A DNA stretch of 64,000 nt from the human T2T-CHM13v2.0 reference genome, Homo sapiens: assembly GCF_009914755.1 (NCBI RefSeq), contig NC_060944.1; one strand, written 5' to 3'. Both the position numbers and the translations under genes were made by a program. Shown here piece after piece: positions 14,895-33,039 of this stretch (position 1 is its first letter; each line of letters begins with the position of its first letter). The notes beneath the pieces are model-generated. The model saw only the letters and a list, made by a program, of their open reading frames with translations, was not told where the DNA came from and did not search any database.

Positions 14895-15547
14895 GAGTTG
14901 GGGACTTTCAATGCCTGCAGGCTTTCTCTGGCGGTCTCCCAGGGACGGGCCTGCCTGCTTCTCCTGCGCTCTCACCGAGGGGCCAACTGGACTTGCCTCC
15001 CAGAAGACGTCTGTCTGACCGCAAGAGTGGCAGTTGTGGGGGCGCTGGACGGACCAAACACCCTGTGCTCCGGCTTACAAACGGCGACGAGTCCATCAAC
15101 CTCCTCTGGGTTAGAGTCCTAATTCGCAGCCCCCACCCACTGCTGAGCTCAGGGCTCTGGAAACTGACTGCCTGATTCAGCCAACAGGATACATGGTGCT
15201 GGAGCCTGTGCTGATGAGCCCATTAGGGGAAATGGGGGCTCCCAGGCACGATGAGCTATTCCAGGTCATCTCACCAAGCCTGGGCCCGAATACTCCCATG
15301 GAGCCCAGTGAGGAGGGCAGCGGGACGCTACACTGACTTCTTCCCTTGCAAAGGTGCGGGGTGAATCTGTCTGGAGCAGGGCGGGCAGAAGACATCTTCC
15401 TAAGATGTCTTCCACGGGGAGCGGTGGGCCTCTGGGATGCCCAAGGTCTCTGCCATCACTCTCTGGTCTCTACACTTTCAGAGGGATCGTGGAGCACTGA
15501 ATTGCATGGGATCTTAAGATTTCATCTACTCTGGGTGTTTTCAAAAC

Positions 15548-16394
<847 letters not shown>

Positions 16395-16769
16395 TTACAT
16401 CAAAGCCAGATATATAAGAGAAACCATGAGGGACCGACTCTATTTGAGGTGGGGAACTGGGAGACCCAGCTCTTTGATGGCTCCCTTCACTGTGGCTGTA
16501 AGACCCTTGGAGAGATCAAGTTCAGCCACCTCATTTTCCCAGTCTGCTTCCACCTGCCTAAAGTCACCCCCAAATCTGACACTACATGGCACATGTCAGT
16601 GGGATGCTCGAGGAATAAAAGCCACGTGGGTGTTCTGCTGTTGCTCACCAACCACACTGCAGTGCTGGGAGCCGTATCCTGGCAAGTGTTCAAGGTGGCG
16701 CTAGGGAACAGAGAAGGGGTTGTGAGGGTGTCGTGGGCACAGGCCCCGGAGGGACAGTGAGCTTAATAG

Positions 16770-16771
<2 letters not shown>

Positions 16772-16813
<42 letters not shown>

Positions 16814-16843
16814 TGGTGGTGGTGGTGGTGCTGGTGGTGGTGT
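16772..16843. repeat. (TG)~20 microsatellite followed by (GGT)n
   Basis: Seen directly. Confidence 0.95.
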
Positions 16844-17299
16844 GGGGATTACAAACAGGAAGGAAATCTCATTAGATGGGCTGGGTCTTGGTCCAAAGAC
16901 CAGATAAACTAGGATGTCACAGGTGGGGACAGAGTCCAAGATTCAATGTCTTCAGAACTCTCCTGATCAATAGTTATGAGATTCCATGATTCACAAAGAC
17001 AGGGACCATGTTTCATTTATTTAACACATATTTATTTACCTCTTTCAAACAACAAGCTGGGGGAACCGATCTTACTGATTTAGTTAGCATCTATGGGAAA
17101 GCTGTGGTGTCAATCAGGGCTCTTTTGGTTGAAAATGAGAGAACATTATAACTCATTCCCCGTCCCTCAATGAATTGGGACTTTGTGGGCACCTGAAACT
17201 GAAAAGTTCAGGAGTATCTTCAGGTTGAACTTGATCAAAGACTCAAATAACATGACCAAGATGGGATTCACTTCTCTATCTCTTTAATCATTTTCCTTC

Positions 17300-18790
<1,491 letters not shown>

Positions 18791-18799
18791 CTCTGATAG

Positions 18800-19160
18800 G
18801 TGTTCTATAGCCCCCAATACTTCTGAGTGTGATTATATTGGAGATAGGGTCTTTGAAGAGGTGACTAAGTTAAAATGAGGCTATCAGGGTGGCCCCTAAT
18901 GCAATCTGACTGGTGTCCCTATAAGAGGAAATGTGGATGCACCAAGGGGCAGGAAGGATGAGCATGCGCAAGGGAGACCATGTGAGGACACAGCAAGGAG
19001 GTGGCCGTCTGCAAGCCAAAGAGCAAGACCTCCGATAAAACCAAACACCAGCACCCTGATCTGGGACTTCTAGCCTCCAGAACTGAAAGTTAATAGATTG
19101 CTGTTGCTTAAGCCACTCTACTGTTTTATTATGACAGGGCCAGTAAATGAATATGACAGA
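18800..19160 (+). mobile_element. MLT1A MaLR LTR
   Basis: ggagatagggtctttgaagaggtgactaagttaaaatgagg...ggacttctagcctccagaactg. Confidence 0.82.
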
Positions 19161-19602
19161 CTACTGTCAAACCCACCTATTGAGTTTCTCTCTTTCTTTT
19201 TGCTTTGTTTGTTTTTTCAGTTTATCTTGGGTGACTTTTTTTTTTCTATGGCCCAGGGCAAGACACCCACTTCTAGGCTGCAGCCCAAGGTTATTGGGCA
19301 GTTTTTCCAGTCCCAAGAAGAAACAGCTGACTTCCAGCTTTTTCCTGATGTAGGGAGCCTAGTTTCAGCTGGAGGGCTCTCACAGGGCCAGGAGCCTTGT
19401 CTTTCGTCCTCACAGAGGCATTCAAACCCCAGTGCCATTCAGAAGTCTGGATATGGCAGCCCCAGGTGACTTAGTGGCTCCATGAAGCTGCCAGGGACTT
19501 GGACACCTTTGATCTTCACATTTTAGCACCCTTGGGGTGCGGCTTTAACCCTCTTGTTGCACTTCCAGGCATCTCATCTCCAAATGCCCCATGTCTTCTG
19601 TC

Positions 19603-20209
<607 letters not shown>

Positions 20210-21254
20210 TTATGTGTTATCTCTTGCCACATAGTGGCCTCTGCTCCAAGGGAAGCGGGAAGAGTGAGTTTTTTCAGTGGTACCTTTCCTCCCCATCCTG
20301 AAAACAAATGTGATTCTCCTCCTAAAGAAGTAGAGCAAGTGGGTGTAGAGTTGTTAACATGCAATGTCTGCCACATAAAACATGATCCCCATTTTGGTGA
20401 GGAAATCACAGCCTGGAGAGGTGTGGTGATTTACACAGCCTGGATTCGATTGCACTGAGCCTGCCCCACCCTCACCCTGCTCTGATTCAGGGACCCTGGC
20501 CTGGCCCTCATCTTTGGTGGTTGCTGTCGTCAAGGCACTGGCCTTGCGTGATGGATGAGCAGGCAGCCTCATTAAACACAAACCCTTGTTGGTTTCCCAA
20601 AGCCCACAGGAGCAGCGAGGCCCGGGATCTGGGAGCAGGGAAGCTGAACAGGACCCCATCTGTCCTGTTCCCTCCGGCTTCTGCTCAAACAGGCATTTGT
20701 CTGCCATGGCAAGAGGGCAGCCTCAGACACTTCATCTCTGGGCAATTAGGGGGCTGCACGTGAGAAGAGTAATGACTGGCCAGAGGGGATTTATCAGGGG
20801 CCAGTGTGGCTGGGCGGGGCTCAAGATTTGACATCCACCTCTTTTCCGAGGGGAAGGAGCTGGTTAGCATCCCTGCCTGGCAGTGGAGCCTCGTTAGCTC
20901 TGCCTTCTACTGTCCCTTCCCCCTCCAACGCTCTGCTCCCCACCCCACCTCCTTGTCTCTGCCCTAGATCAGAGGCCAGGCACTAGCTGGATGGTCACAC
21001 CTGCCTCCTCCATGCTGCCCCCTGTGAACCACTCTCCGCACTGGCTGCTCACAAGTCTGATCACGTCACACACCTCCTCCCTACCTTTAAATCCTTCCAT
21101 GGCTCCCTACTGCCCAAATCATAAGCAGCTGTTGTGTTCGGGTGGTCCTAGGTGACCAGCTTCCCCACGAGCGATTTCTCTCCTTTGGTTTGATTCGTGT
21201 CAAAGATGAGTCTTAGACACTGCCTGATGCTCAAACGGTTTATCCTTTTCTTAA

Positions 21255-21378
21255 AAAAAAAAAAGATGGGATCTTGCTGTGTTGCCCAGGCTGGTCTTGA
21301 ACTCCTGGCCTTAACCCATCTTCCTCCCTTGGCCTCCCAAAGTTCTGAGTTACAAGCATGAACCATGGTGCCCGGCCT
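21255..21378 (-). mobile_element. FLAM / Alu left monomer
   Basis: Single arm. Confidence 0.8.
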
Positions 21379-21913
21379 CAAGTGATTTATTTTGGCTGTG
21401 CTGTTACGAGACAGACATCAATGACACGGGCCAGATACACTTAGGAGGTCAGAGGACCAGCTGACCAGGAGGGTCTCTGTGTAGAGACCATCCTCAGAGT
21501 TTGGGGGATCCTTCTCCCTTCCCTAGACCTGGGTTCAGTCTAGGTTAGTCGCCAGGTGTTTCTTTCAAAAAAGAAGTTTAAGCTATTCTTGTAAGGGGAA
21601 GCTTTGTTTCAAGGTTTATGAAAGTTGCATCTGTGCTGAGGTGGTCTTGTTTTCTGGAAATCCCCTGGCCAGGGTTGGAAATCCTGGGGCCAGGCTGTAT
21701 CAACTGCTAAGTGACACCTGGTGTCCGGCCTGTGAGATGCTTAAGTGGGTCCTATGGCTCTTGTTAATCTCACAGTTGCAGTATGTCTCTTTTTATACTA
21801 TGACAGCAACCTCAGCCCTGGTGACCTCAGCTCCCGCGCCGCATCCTCTGTACTCTTGCTCTTCAATTTTTAAGAATGAGTTTCATGATTATGGGTTTCA
21901 AAAATTACATTCA

Positions 21914-22214
<301 letters not shown>

Positions 22215-23334
22215 AATTCAAAAGGCACACAGTAAAACAAGGCTAACTCCTGCATCGTCCTCACCTGCCTAGTCCCCATCACCTGCCACATGCCTTAGTT
22301 CCTTGTGTATCCTTCCAGTTTCTTTATGCAAATGTAAATAGGACAAATATGTCGTCATATTTACCACCCCCACACATGCTTTATATACAAATGGTAGCTT
22401 ATCAGGAACGTGGTTCTATACTTTCATTTTTGCACTTAATACATCTTGGAGATCTTTTTGTATCTGCAGAGAGAAGGCTGCTTCATTCTCTGGTACAGCT
22501 TGACCATCATTTCCTTAGCCAGCTCCCAGGTAGTGGATGTTTGTGTGGCAGGTGCTGCTGCTGCCCTGTCCCATATCTCCCACCTACCAGAGCTCACCAG
22601 CAGCCCTTTCATTTCTCCAGGCTTTAGCCCACACAGGTCTCTCTGCCTGGGATATGCTTCTGCTTCTTCATCTCAAATCAAGAGTCTGGCAGCCCCGCCA
22701 GAGACACTAACCTAACTAGTTCAGGCAGGGCTAGCACTTTGGGCCTCAGGGTCTCCCTTACCTCCTCTGCCTCAGGAATGATCACAGTGGATTAAATCCT
22801 CTCCTTATCTGCCTGCCTGGCTGGGAGCACCTGGGCAGGGGTCAGAGCTGTGGGGGGGCAATGGGGAAGATGAGTCAGATTCATCACTATGTCCCAGCAC
22901 CTCTTACCACATCCCATGGCCTCTAGTGAAGCAGGAGAAGGATTGTATAAAATCCAAACTCCTTCCCGTGGCCTACAAAGCCCTGCTGACCCCGTCCCTG
23001 CCTGCCATCACCCCCAACCTCAGGTCCAGCCAGTGTGGCCTTCTTGTTCCTCAGAGACCTCAAACTCGATCCTGCCTCAGGGCTTTTGTTCTTATACTTT
23101 CCTCTACTTGGACTCTCTTTTCCCCAGATCTCCTGATTAGACCTCAGCTCAAATGACACTTCCTCCAAGAGGCCTTCCCTGACCACCTTGACTAAAATAT
23201 CCTACTCACCCCTGCCAACTTTGGGAACCCAAGGCAGGAAGATCAGTTGAGGCCAGGAGTTCAAGACCAGCCTGGGCAACATAGTGAGATCCCATCTTTG
23301 AAAAAAAAAAAAAAACACCCCCACTTTCTTAGCA

Positions 23335-24885
<1,551 letters not shown>

Positions 24886-25539
24886 ATCTTCCAGCGCATT
24901 TCTTCCAATGCACTGTCTGACATGACTTGTTTACTGTCTGCCTCCCCGTACAAGGGCAAGTCATTTAATTGTCTTGCTCATGGTGTAGCCCCAGCTCCTA
25001 CAACAGAGCCTGGTACATAGTAGGCACTCAATAAATACTCACAGGATGAATGAGCAAATGCCAATTCCATGAAGCAGAGAGTGTCATATGAAGATCCCCC
25101 CAACGCTCACAAGCACATGTGTGAATGCACCCACATGTGTGCTCAGACATGTACGTGGATAGCTGGGCGCTCACACACATGCATCCTGCCCTGCATCTTT
25201 GCCTCTGACCATGTCCACTTCATGGCAAGGGCCATGTACACAGCCTGCAGGCTCAGCGGATGGCATGACTGTGCCTGTTTCAAGCTGGCTGTGCCTCTGA
25301 GCTGCCCTCAGAAACCCACGCCTGGCGCTCCTGTCAGGAGTGTGCTTGGATGCTAGGCCTCCCAGAGGGGTCAGAAGATGGGGAAGAAGAATCTGTTTGC
25401 AAATGGAAATCAGAATAAGCTCTACCAGGCACAGAGAACAGGGAAGGCAGTGGGCAGAATATGAGTTTTCCCAGCCCCCCACTGGGGGTCAGAACAATCA
25501 GCGAGTTCCTTCTGTGCCAGCCACATGACAAGTACATTA

Positions 25540-26125
<586 letters not shown>

Positions 26126-26184
26126 TCCCCCAGTATTTTATGGAGGCCCTAGGTATAACACTGATTGCTCACTTATTTTGTTGA

Positions 26185-26430
26185 AGCAGATGATATGGTG
26201 ATTAAGAGCCTCAGCTTGGGAGCCAGACAGCCTGGGTTCAAATTCTTGCCCTGATAATTACTAGCTGTGTGATTTTGGGCAAATCACATCGCCTGTCTAT
26301 GCCTTCCTTTCTTTATCTGTAAAATAGAGTTATAATGGTACCTACTTGCTTGAGTTAATACATGTACAGGGCTTCGAATGGGGCCTGGCATGTAGTAGGC
26401 ACATTTCTTGAGCAATAAATGTTAGTCCTT
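26185..26430 (+). mobile_element. MIR SINE
   Basis: tggtgattaagagc...gagccagacagcctgggttcaaat...atctgtaaaatagag. Confidence 0.85.
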
Positions 26431-26529
26431 ATTCCTTATTTCTAATTGTATCAGGATGTTCCCACCGAATCCTGCTCCTCCTCCAGGGCTGTGCCAGCTG
26501 CCTCTCTTTCAGGCCAGACCTTGAACAAT

Positions 26530-26975
26530 CTTTGCTGTAAGAAGGTATCACAAACTGGAAGGCTTACAGCTACAGGAGTGTATTCTGTTAGTGCTGGAGG
26601 CCAAAAGTCTGAAATCAAGGTGAGGGCCGGGCCTGCTCCCTCTGAAATCTTTCTTGCCTCTTCCTAGGGGGATCCTTCCTTGCCTCTGCCTAGCTCCTGG
26701 TGGTTTCCCAGCAATCCTCAGCGTTCCTTGGTGTGCGGGTGCGTAACTCCAGTCTCTGCCTTCCTCATCACAGGGCATTCTCCCTGACTTCACATAGCTG
26801 TCTCCTTAGAAGAACGCAGTTCTATCAGATTAGGGGCCCATTCTACTCAAGGATAGCCTCATCTTTAATTACTAATTAAACTTGCAAGGACACCATTCTC
26901 AAATCAGATCACATTCTGAGGTCCATATCTTTTTTTTTTTGAGGGGATTGGAGAGAACAATTCGACCCATAATAG
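26530..26975 (-). mobile_element. MLT1C/D MaLR LTR
   Basis: tgctggaggccaaaagtctgaaatcaaggtg...gattaggggccca...atcacattctgaggt. Confidence 0.8.
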
Positions 26976-28379
26976 CAAATCTCTCTTGTCCCTGGGGAAG
27001 CTGTGTCTTTAAAAAGAGCTAGATGGGGAATAAAGAGATTTCAAAGCCAACAAGAAAAATGGTCTTGAAGTGGATGCTCTGGTTCTCCGTGTCTCTGGTT
27101 TACTGGCTGGACTGAGCTCCCTGGGTAGTTTTATTCTCCGATCGCTGCCGTCACCCATATTCTGTCTTCCCTGTCCCTTCATGGGTTGTACGGACTGCCG
27201 ATCACACTGGAGCATGAGGGAGTCCCGGCCAGTCTGGCCCAGTTGAAAGCCCCACCTCTCCTCTGGGTTAACATGGAGGAGGGAGGGCACAGGGAAAAGG
27301 TCTCTCCCCTAATAGCTTCCTGTTGGGGACTCCCTCACCTCTTGTGGCCAATGCCATCTCTCAGGCCATCCCTGACTGGCCATCAGGGATTTCTGTGTCA
27401 TTAGGGCCGGATGGTGGCTCTGGCATGGGGTGCAGGTCCTTGGGGGATCCTTGGAGGCCTCTTTTCCTTGCATTCCCACAGCTGACTCTGTGTGCCCTCT
27501 TTTTCTCCCGTAGCTCCCCTTCCCTGCCTGTTTTCCTCTGGGCCCCCTTGCCTGGTCAGCAGCCCTCTTTGCTGGCAGAGCAGCAAGATGTCTCCCTCCC
27601 ATGATGCCCTCTTGGCTCCTGGAAACCTCCCACTCCCTTGCTACCCAGTTGCTGGGGCTGGGGTGTGGGCTATTCCACGTGTCCTCTCTGCCTGCCCATA
27701 TTTTTTCATAGTTCATTCATAGTTCTTCTCCCCAAAAAGAGAGGCATGAGAGCAGGGGAGCCTAGGCAGACCCTCCACTGGAGAATGAGGTGTTGGACCC
27801 TCCTAAATGCAGCTCTGCTTTCTGAGATTTCACTTGGAACCCCCTACATTTGGCTTGAATTGAGGAAGTGAGAGTCATTCTCCCTTCCCAGGGGAGGGAA
27901 AAGTCTTAGTGCCACCTGCCTTCTCCTCAGGCTGGGACACTTAACTCCAAAGACCTCCCCCAACTCCCCACCTGCTTATTTAAAGGGGGCCCAGGGGAGG
28001 TAGAAGAGCTGGTCTGGCTGCCCCTTAATAAGTCCTGAGGTGCCCCCCACCACCATCTTGGTGGTTATCTTGGAAAGGAGTTCAATGTCCTTTTGTCCTC
28101 TGCCCTGGGTCACATTGCACTTAACAACCCTTGGCATCTGCACTTCAGCGCATCCTCCATAACCTGAAGACTCCAGAAAGGAGGAAGGGCTAAAAGTATG
28201 GGATAAGCTACCCCCAAATTATTGGTGCCTCCTCTGTACCAACTTTGTAACAGGTGTTTGTCTCCATGGACCCACTGGATGCTCTGTGAGCTCCATGAAG
28301 GTCCCATTTTCCCAGGACCAGGCCTGGATCCTGGTACATTATATATACTCAAGAAAACATCTGTTGAGAGAGTGACTGT

Positions 28380-29962
28380 GGTGGCTTTAGTGGTTGTCCT
28401 AAGGTTTACAGTATACATATTTAATTTGTCAGAGTCTATCTTCAAATAATATCATACCACTTTATATGTAGTATAAGAACCTTACAACAATATACTCTCC
28501 ATTCCTCTCTCTCTTCCACTATGCTACTCTTACCATGCATTTTGTTTTTACATTTGCCACAAACACACAGTACTTTGCTACTGTTTTGCTTTAGATGGTC
28601 AAATATATTTTAGAATAACTAAAAATATGAAAAAAGCAAAATTTATATTTATCTTCTTTTATGCCATTTCTAGCATTTCTTATTTCTTTGCATAGATACA
28701 AGTTTCTTTCTGGCATCATATTCCTTCTGCCTGGAGAACATCCTTTAACACATCTTATAGTGCAGGTCTACTGGTAATTAATGCCCTGATTTTGTTTGAC
28801 TGAAGAAATCTCACACTTCTTCCTCACTTTTGAGAGATATTTCCACTGGGTATAGAATTTTAGGTTGACAGTTGTTTGCTTTCAGCACTGTAAAGCAGTC
28901 ACCCCACTCTCTTTTGCTCTGCATAGTTTCTGATGGGAAGTTGGCTATAATTCTTATCTTTTCCCTTCTGAATGTAATATGCCTTTTTTCTTTGGCTGCC
29001 TTCAAGATTTTCTCTTTATCTTTGGTTTTCGGTAGTTTGAATATGATTGTGTCTAGGGTTGTAGGGTTTGTTTGTTTGTCTGTTTGTTTTCTTTTTCTTT
29101 TTTGGTCTTGCTTAGTGTTTTCTGAACTTTCTGGATCTGTGGTTTGGTGTCCATCATTAATTTTGAAAAAATTCCCAGCCATTATCTCTTCAAATATTTC
29201 TTCTGCCCTATTCTCTTTCTGTTTTACTTCTCAGATTCTAATTATGTTATGTATGTTAGCTCATTTGATATTTGACATTCTTTCATAGCTCTGAGATGCT
29301 CTCATCTGTTTTTGGTCTCCCCCACCTCCCACTGTTTGGATAGTTTTTAACTGATCCATGTTCAAGTCCACTGATTCTGATTCTTTCCTTGGCTGTGTTA
29401 AGTCTACTGATGTGCTCATTTAAGATTTTTATTTTTTAAGAGATAAGGTATTTCTCTGTCACCTAAGGCTGGAGTGCAGTGGTGCAATCATAGCTTACTG
29501 AAGCTTCTAACTCCTGGGCTCAAGTGATCCTCCTACCTCAGTCTCCAGACTGAGGCGCATACCACCGTGTCTAGTAAAGTTTTTATTTTTTTATTTTTAC
29601 AGAGACAGGGTCTTGTTGTGTTGCCTATGCTGGCCTTGAACTCTTGGGCTCAAGTGATCCTCCTGCCTCAGCCTCCCAAGTAGCTAGGATTGCAGGTGTC
29701 TCCCAAAGTGCTGGGATTACAGCTGCCAAGCCCAGACCATCTAAGACATTCTTTATTGCTGATACTGTGCTTTCTATTTTTGGCATTTACATTTGATATT
29801 TTCTTCTAGTTTCCACCTTTTTGCTGAAATTTCCCATTTGTTCATGCATGTTGTCTACTTTTTCCATTAGAGCCTTTAAGATAGTAATCATAGTTATTTA
29901 AAAGTCCATATATGATAGTCCCAACATCTGGGCCATATCTGAGTCTGGTTGTTGATTTCTTT
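28380..29962 (-). mobile_element. Old L1 (L1M/L1MC-type), ORF1 and inter-ORF region, with an AluJ at 29425-29735
   Basis: ORF 28811-29182 reads IIFKLPKTKDKEKILKAAKEKRHITFR...CQPKILYP, an L1 ORF1p remnant. Confidence 0.9.
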
Positions 29963-30227
29963 TTTCTTTCTCTCCCTTCCTTCCTTCCTTCCTTCTTCCC
30001 TTCCTTTCCTCCCTTCCTCCCTCCCTCCCTCCCTTCTTTCTCTCTCTCTCTTTCTTTCCTTCCTTCCTTCCTTCTTTCCTTCCTTCCTTCTTTCTTTCTT
30101 TCCTTCCTTCCTTCCTTCTATCTTTCTTTTTTCTTTCTTTCTTTCCTTCTTTCTTTCTTTCTTTTTTTCTTTCTTTCCTTCCTTCCTTCCTTCCTTCCTT
30201 CCTTCCTTCCTTCCTTCCTTTCTTTCT

Positions 30228-30281
<54 letters not shown>
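29957..30281. repeat. ~325-bp (TTCC)n/(TTTC)n polypyrimidine tract (expanded Alu tail)
   Basis: Almost purely C/T; abuts the 3' end of an Alu fragment at 30282-30374 (-). Confidence 0.95.
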
Positions 30282-30282
<1 letters not shown>

Positions 30283-30374
30283 GACAGTTTCACTCTTATT
30301 TTCCAGGCTGGAGTGCAATGGCATGGTCTTGGCTCACTGCACCCTCTGCTTCCCAAGTTGAAGCGGTTCTCCTG

Positions 30375-31390
30375 GCGTGGAGACCAGGTGCCAAACAACT
30401 GGTAAAAATTCAGCTAAAGTTTTAATAAGTTGCTAAGGCTGAGTATGGCTGGGATAGAAATATGGATCCACTGGGAGCAGCAGACACACGGGGAATTTGC
30501 ACCTGTTCACAGGCTCATCTTCATGGATGGCGTTGGGTGCTATGAGAAAGACTGGGGATAGAGTGAGAGATGAGAGAAAGCCTGCCTTGTGGTGCAAGCC
30601 TAGGGGAGGGGAGCAGCAGCCACTGCTGGAGAAGAGCCATAAGACACTGGGAAAGGTTGGCAAATCCTGTCACCCTCAGTGCCCATTGCAGCTGGGAGAA
30701 GGGAAAAGAAAAATTCCTATCCTGATGGGCAAGGGGCGAGGGTGAGAAGGCCCCACCCCCAAGACCCAGGGACACAGTGCCTGCCTAAGACTGAAGCAGT
30801 ACCAGGACAGCAGAGAACAAACAACCTCCACGCAGTATACACGCACACCTTCCAGCCCCAGGCTAGCAAGTATCAAGTAACAAGTAGTAGTCTGCTGCTG
30901 GAGAAGGATCAAGAGCACATGGAGAAGCCAGGCATGGCGGCACGTGCCTGCAGTCCCAGCTACTCAGAAGGTCGAGGCATGAAGATCACTTGAGCCCAGG
31001 AGTTCAAGACCAGCCTAGGCGACATAGAGATGCAGGATCTCTGACGTGCAGGATCGTAGACAAAGTCTGGAGCTGAGGGTGGAATAAGATCATTGAAGAA
31101 AAAAACGCTCCTGGTTCCACCTTAAACACAAAGGAATGCTAGAAGAATTTGAAGCCCACGGTGCACTGATGGTAAGCCAGTAACAACAAAGGCCAAACCC
31201 AGCTCCATTCTTGTCCCCTACACTTAAGGCCTAGCAAAAGAAAAGGCATGCCCATTTCCAGTCATAAATACCATTTACCTCATCTCTACCATCCCATGCA
31301 AGATGTCTGTCTGTAAACAGAAAATTAGAAGACATACAAAGAAACAAGATAAAATAACATATTGTCAAGAGACAAAGAAATCAACAACCA
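30375..31390 (+). mobile_element. 5' region of the same L1 in inverted orientation (includes a FLAM-like piece at 30928-31040)
   Basis: Ends ...tgtcaagagacaaagaaatcaacaacca, which continues on the minus strand at 29945 as gactcagatatggcccagatgttgg. Confidence 0.75.
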
Positions 31391-31391
31391 A

Positions 31392-31712
31392 GGCCAGGTG
31401 TGGTGGCTCATGCCTGTAATCCTAGCAATTTGGGAGGCAGAGGTGGGTGATTTGCCTTAGCCCAGGAGTTCAAGACGAGCCTGGGAAACATGGCAAAGCC
31501 CCGCCTCTACAAAAAAAAAAAAATACAAAAATTAGCCAGGCATGGTGGTGTGCACCTGTGGTCCTAGCTACTCAGGAGGCTGAGATGGGAGATCACCTGA
31601 GCCCAGGGAGGTCAAAGCTGTAGTGAGCTGTGGTTGCGCCACTGCGCTCCAGCCTGGGCGACAGAGCAAGACCCTGTCTCAGAAAAATAAATAAATAAAT
31701 AAAAAATAAAAG
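31392..31712 (+). mobile_element. AluJ
   Basis: Full dimer, (AAAT)n tail. Confidence 0.92.
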
Positions 31713-31719
31713 ATATAAA

Positions 31720-31800
31720 ACGGTAGATTATCTGGCCTTTTCTCGTTGTGAGGGTGGATGTGATACTCTTTCCAGCTTTCTCCATCCTAAGTGGAGGCTG
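31720..31800 (-). mobile_element. Extreme 5' end of the old L1
   Basis: ttttctcgttgtgagggtggatgtgatactctttccagctttctccatcctaagtgga resembles a reverse L1M 5' terminus. Confidence 0.6.
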
Positions 31801-32744
31801 GAGGGGAAAGTGGAACAGTTGTGGAACATGCACACACATTCTTTGAATGCAGTGGAAGTGACTCTGCACAGCTTCTGAGGCTGTGTCATAGAGGGTGAGG
31901 CAGCTTCCACTTTGCTCACTGGAGTTCTGAGCTACTATGTCAGAGGTTCAATTACTCCGAGATAGCCAGGCTGTGAGGAAGCTGATTCTCAGCTGTCGTA
32001 TTGACATGCCTTACCTTGGAGTTCAAATCAGCCCCTAATCAAATTGGATTCTGTATTTCTAGCCATTAAGAAATCCAGGGAGATCAATAATAATAACAGA
32101 GACATTCAGAGAAGCACAGTGCCTCTCTGGAAAAATGAAGGGAGTTTCGTCCCACTCAGCCATGGCCCAGACAAAGACAGTTGTAAGCAAATGGAGGTGA
32201 TGATGGTTTTGTTTAACTGTCCTGGCACATCAAATAGCCAGTCCAATTCCCCCACACAAGTCTTAGCAACAGGGGAATGCAGAATATCCTAAGATTGCTC
32301 AGTGGGGCCCAACTGTCATCAGTGGGGCAGCAGCCATCTAGTGCATGATGTGATCATTAACTAGCCTGTGACAGAGAACATCTGATGGGTACAAGCTTTG
32401 TTTGAGGGCTGGGAGGAAAACCTCAGGGACTTGAGGAAATCCTGGAATCCTGGTCACAGATCACTTGGTCATCTATCTGCAAGGTCCTTTGTAAAGTTTC
32501 TGTTCTTTTGGTGGATTCAAAGGAGATTGGAGTGAGCTAGAAGATCCCTTCCTCTGATATTGCTTTTGGGTCCAAGGTGTAGATGGGTGGTTTCATCTCA
32601 GGTGATGAATGGCAGTCTGGAGTGCTGTGTTGAGAAGGATTCTGAGGTTCTGTCCAGGTTCAGCAGGAAAGAGCTCTGTGGTCAATTTGTGATGTATCCC
32701 ACGGAGGCAGGGAGTGGAAGAGGCATATTTGCTCCATATTTGTA

Positions 32745-33030
32745 AGCTGTCTTAGGTCGGTTCCAGGGAAGCGGACTCTGAGGTGGGGATTTGCATGCAG
32801 GAAGTTTATTGGGGCATGCATTCAGGAACATTTGCGAGAGTGAGAAAGCCAGGTTGGGCAACAGAGGCCTCCTCAGTCAATCCTATGGGTGTCTCTGGAG
32901 TTGTCTTCCATTGAGGCCAGGTGTGAACCAGCCATTGATGCAGCCAACACTCCTGAAAGTTGGGGGAATGAGGTCCTTTTTTGTCCAGGCAATCATGTGC
33001 CCAGCTGCAAGGGATGAATGATGGGTGATC
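32745..33030 (-). mobile_element. LTR16-like ERVL LTR fragment
   Basis: tgtcttaggtcggttccagggaagcggactctgagg...tgcatgcaggaagtttattgggg. Confidence 0.65.
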
Positions 33031-33039
33031 CAAATTATT

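Noticed and set aside
21656-21665. NF-kB-type GGAAATCCCC
   Set aside because: A single 10-mer is expected by chance in 64 kb, with little supporting context
28811-29182. 123-aa ORF with real protein-like sequence
   Set aside because: Degenerate L1 ORF1p fragment; no intact ORF1 or ORF2
29898-30398. K/E/R-rich and F/L/S-rich ORFs of up to 166 aa
   Set aside because: Artefacts of a stop-free (TTTC/TTCC)n tract
32000-32730. Possible ERVL internal sequence between LTR fragments (also 45900-46480)
   Set aside because: Could not match a consensus or retroviral protein motif with confidence
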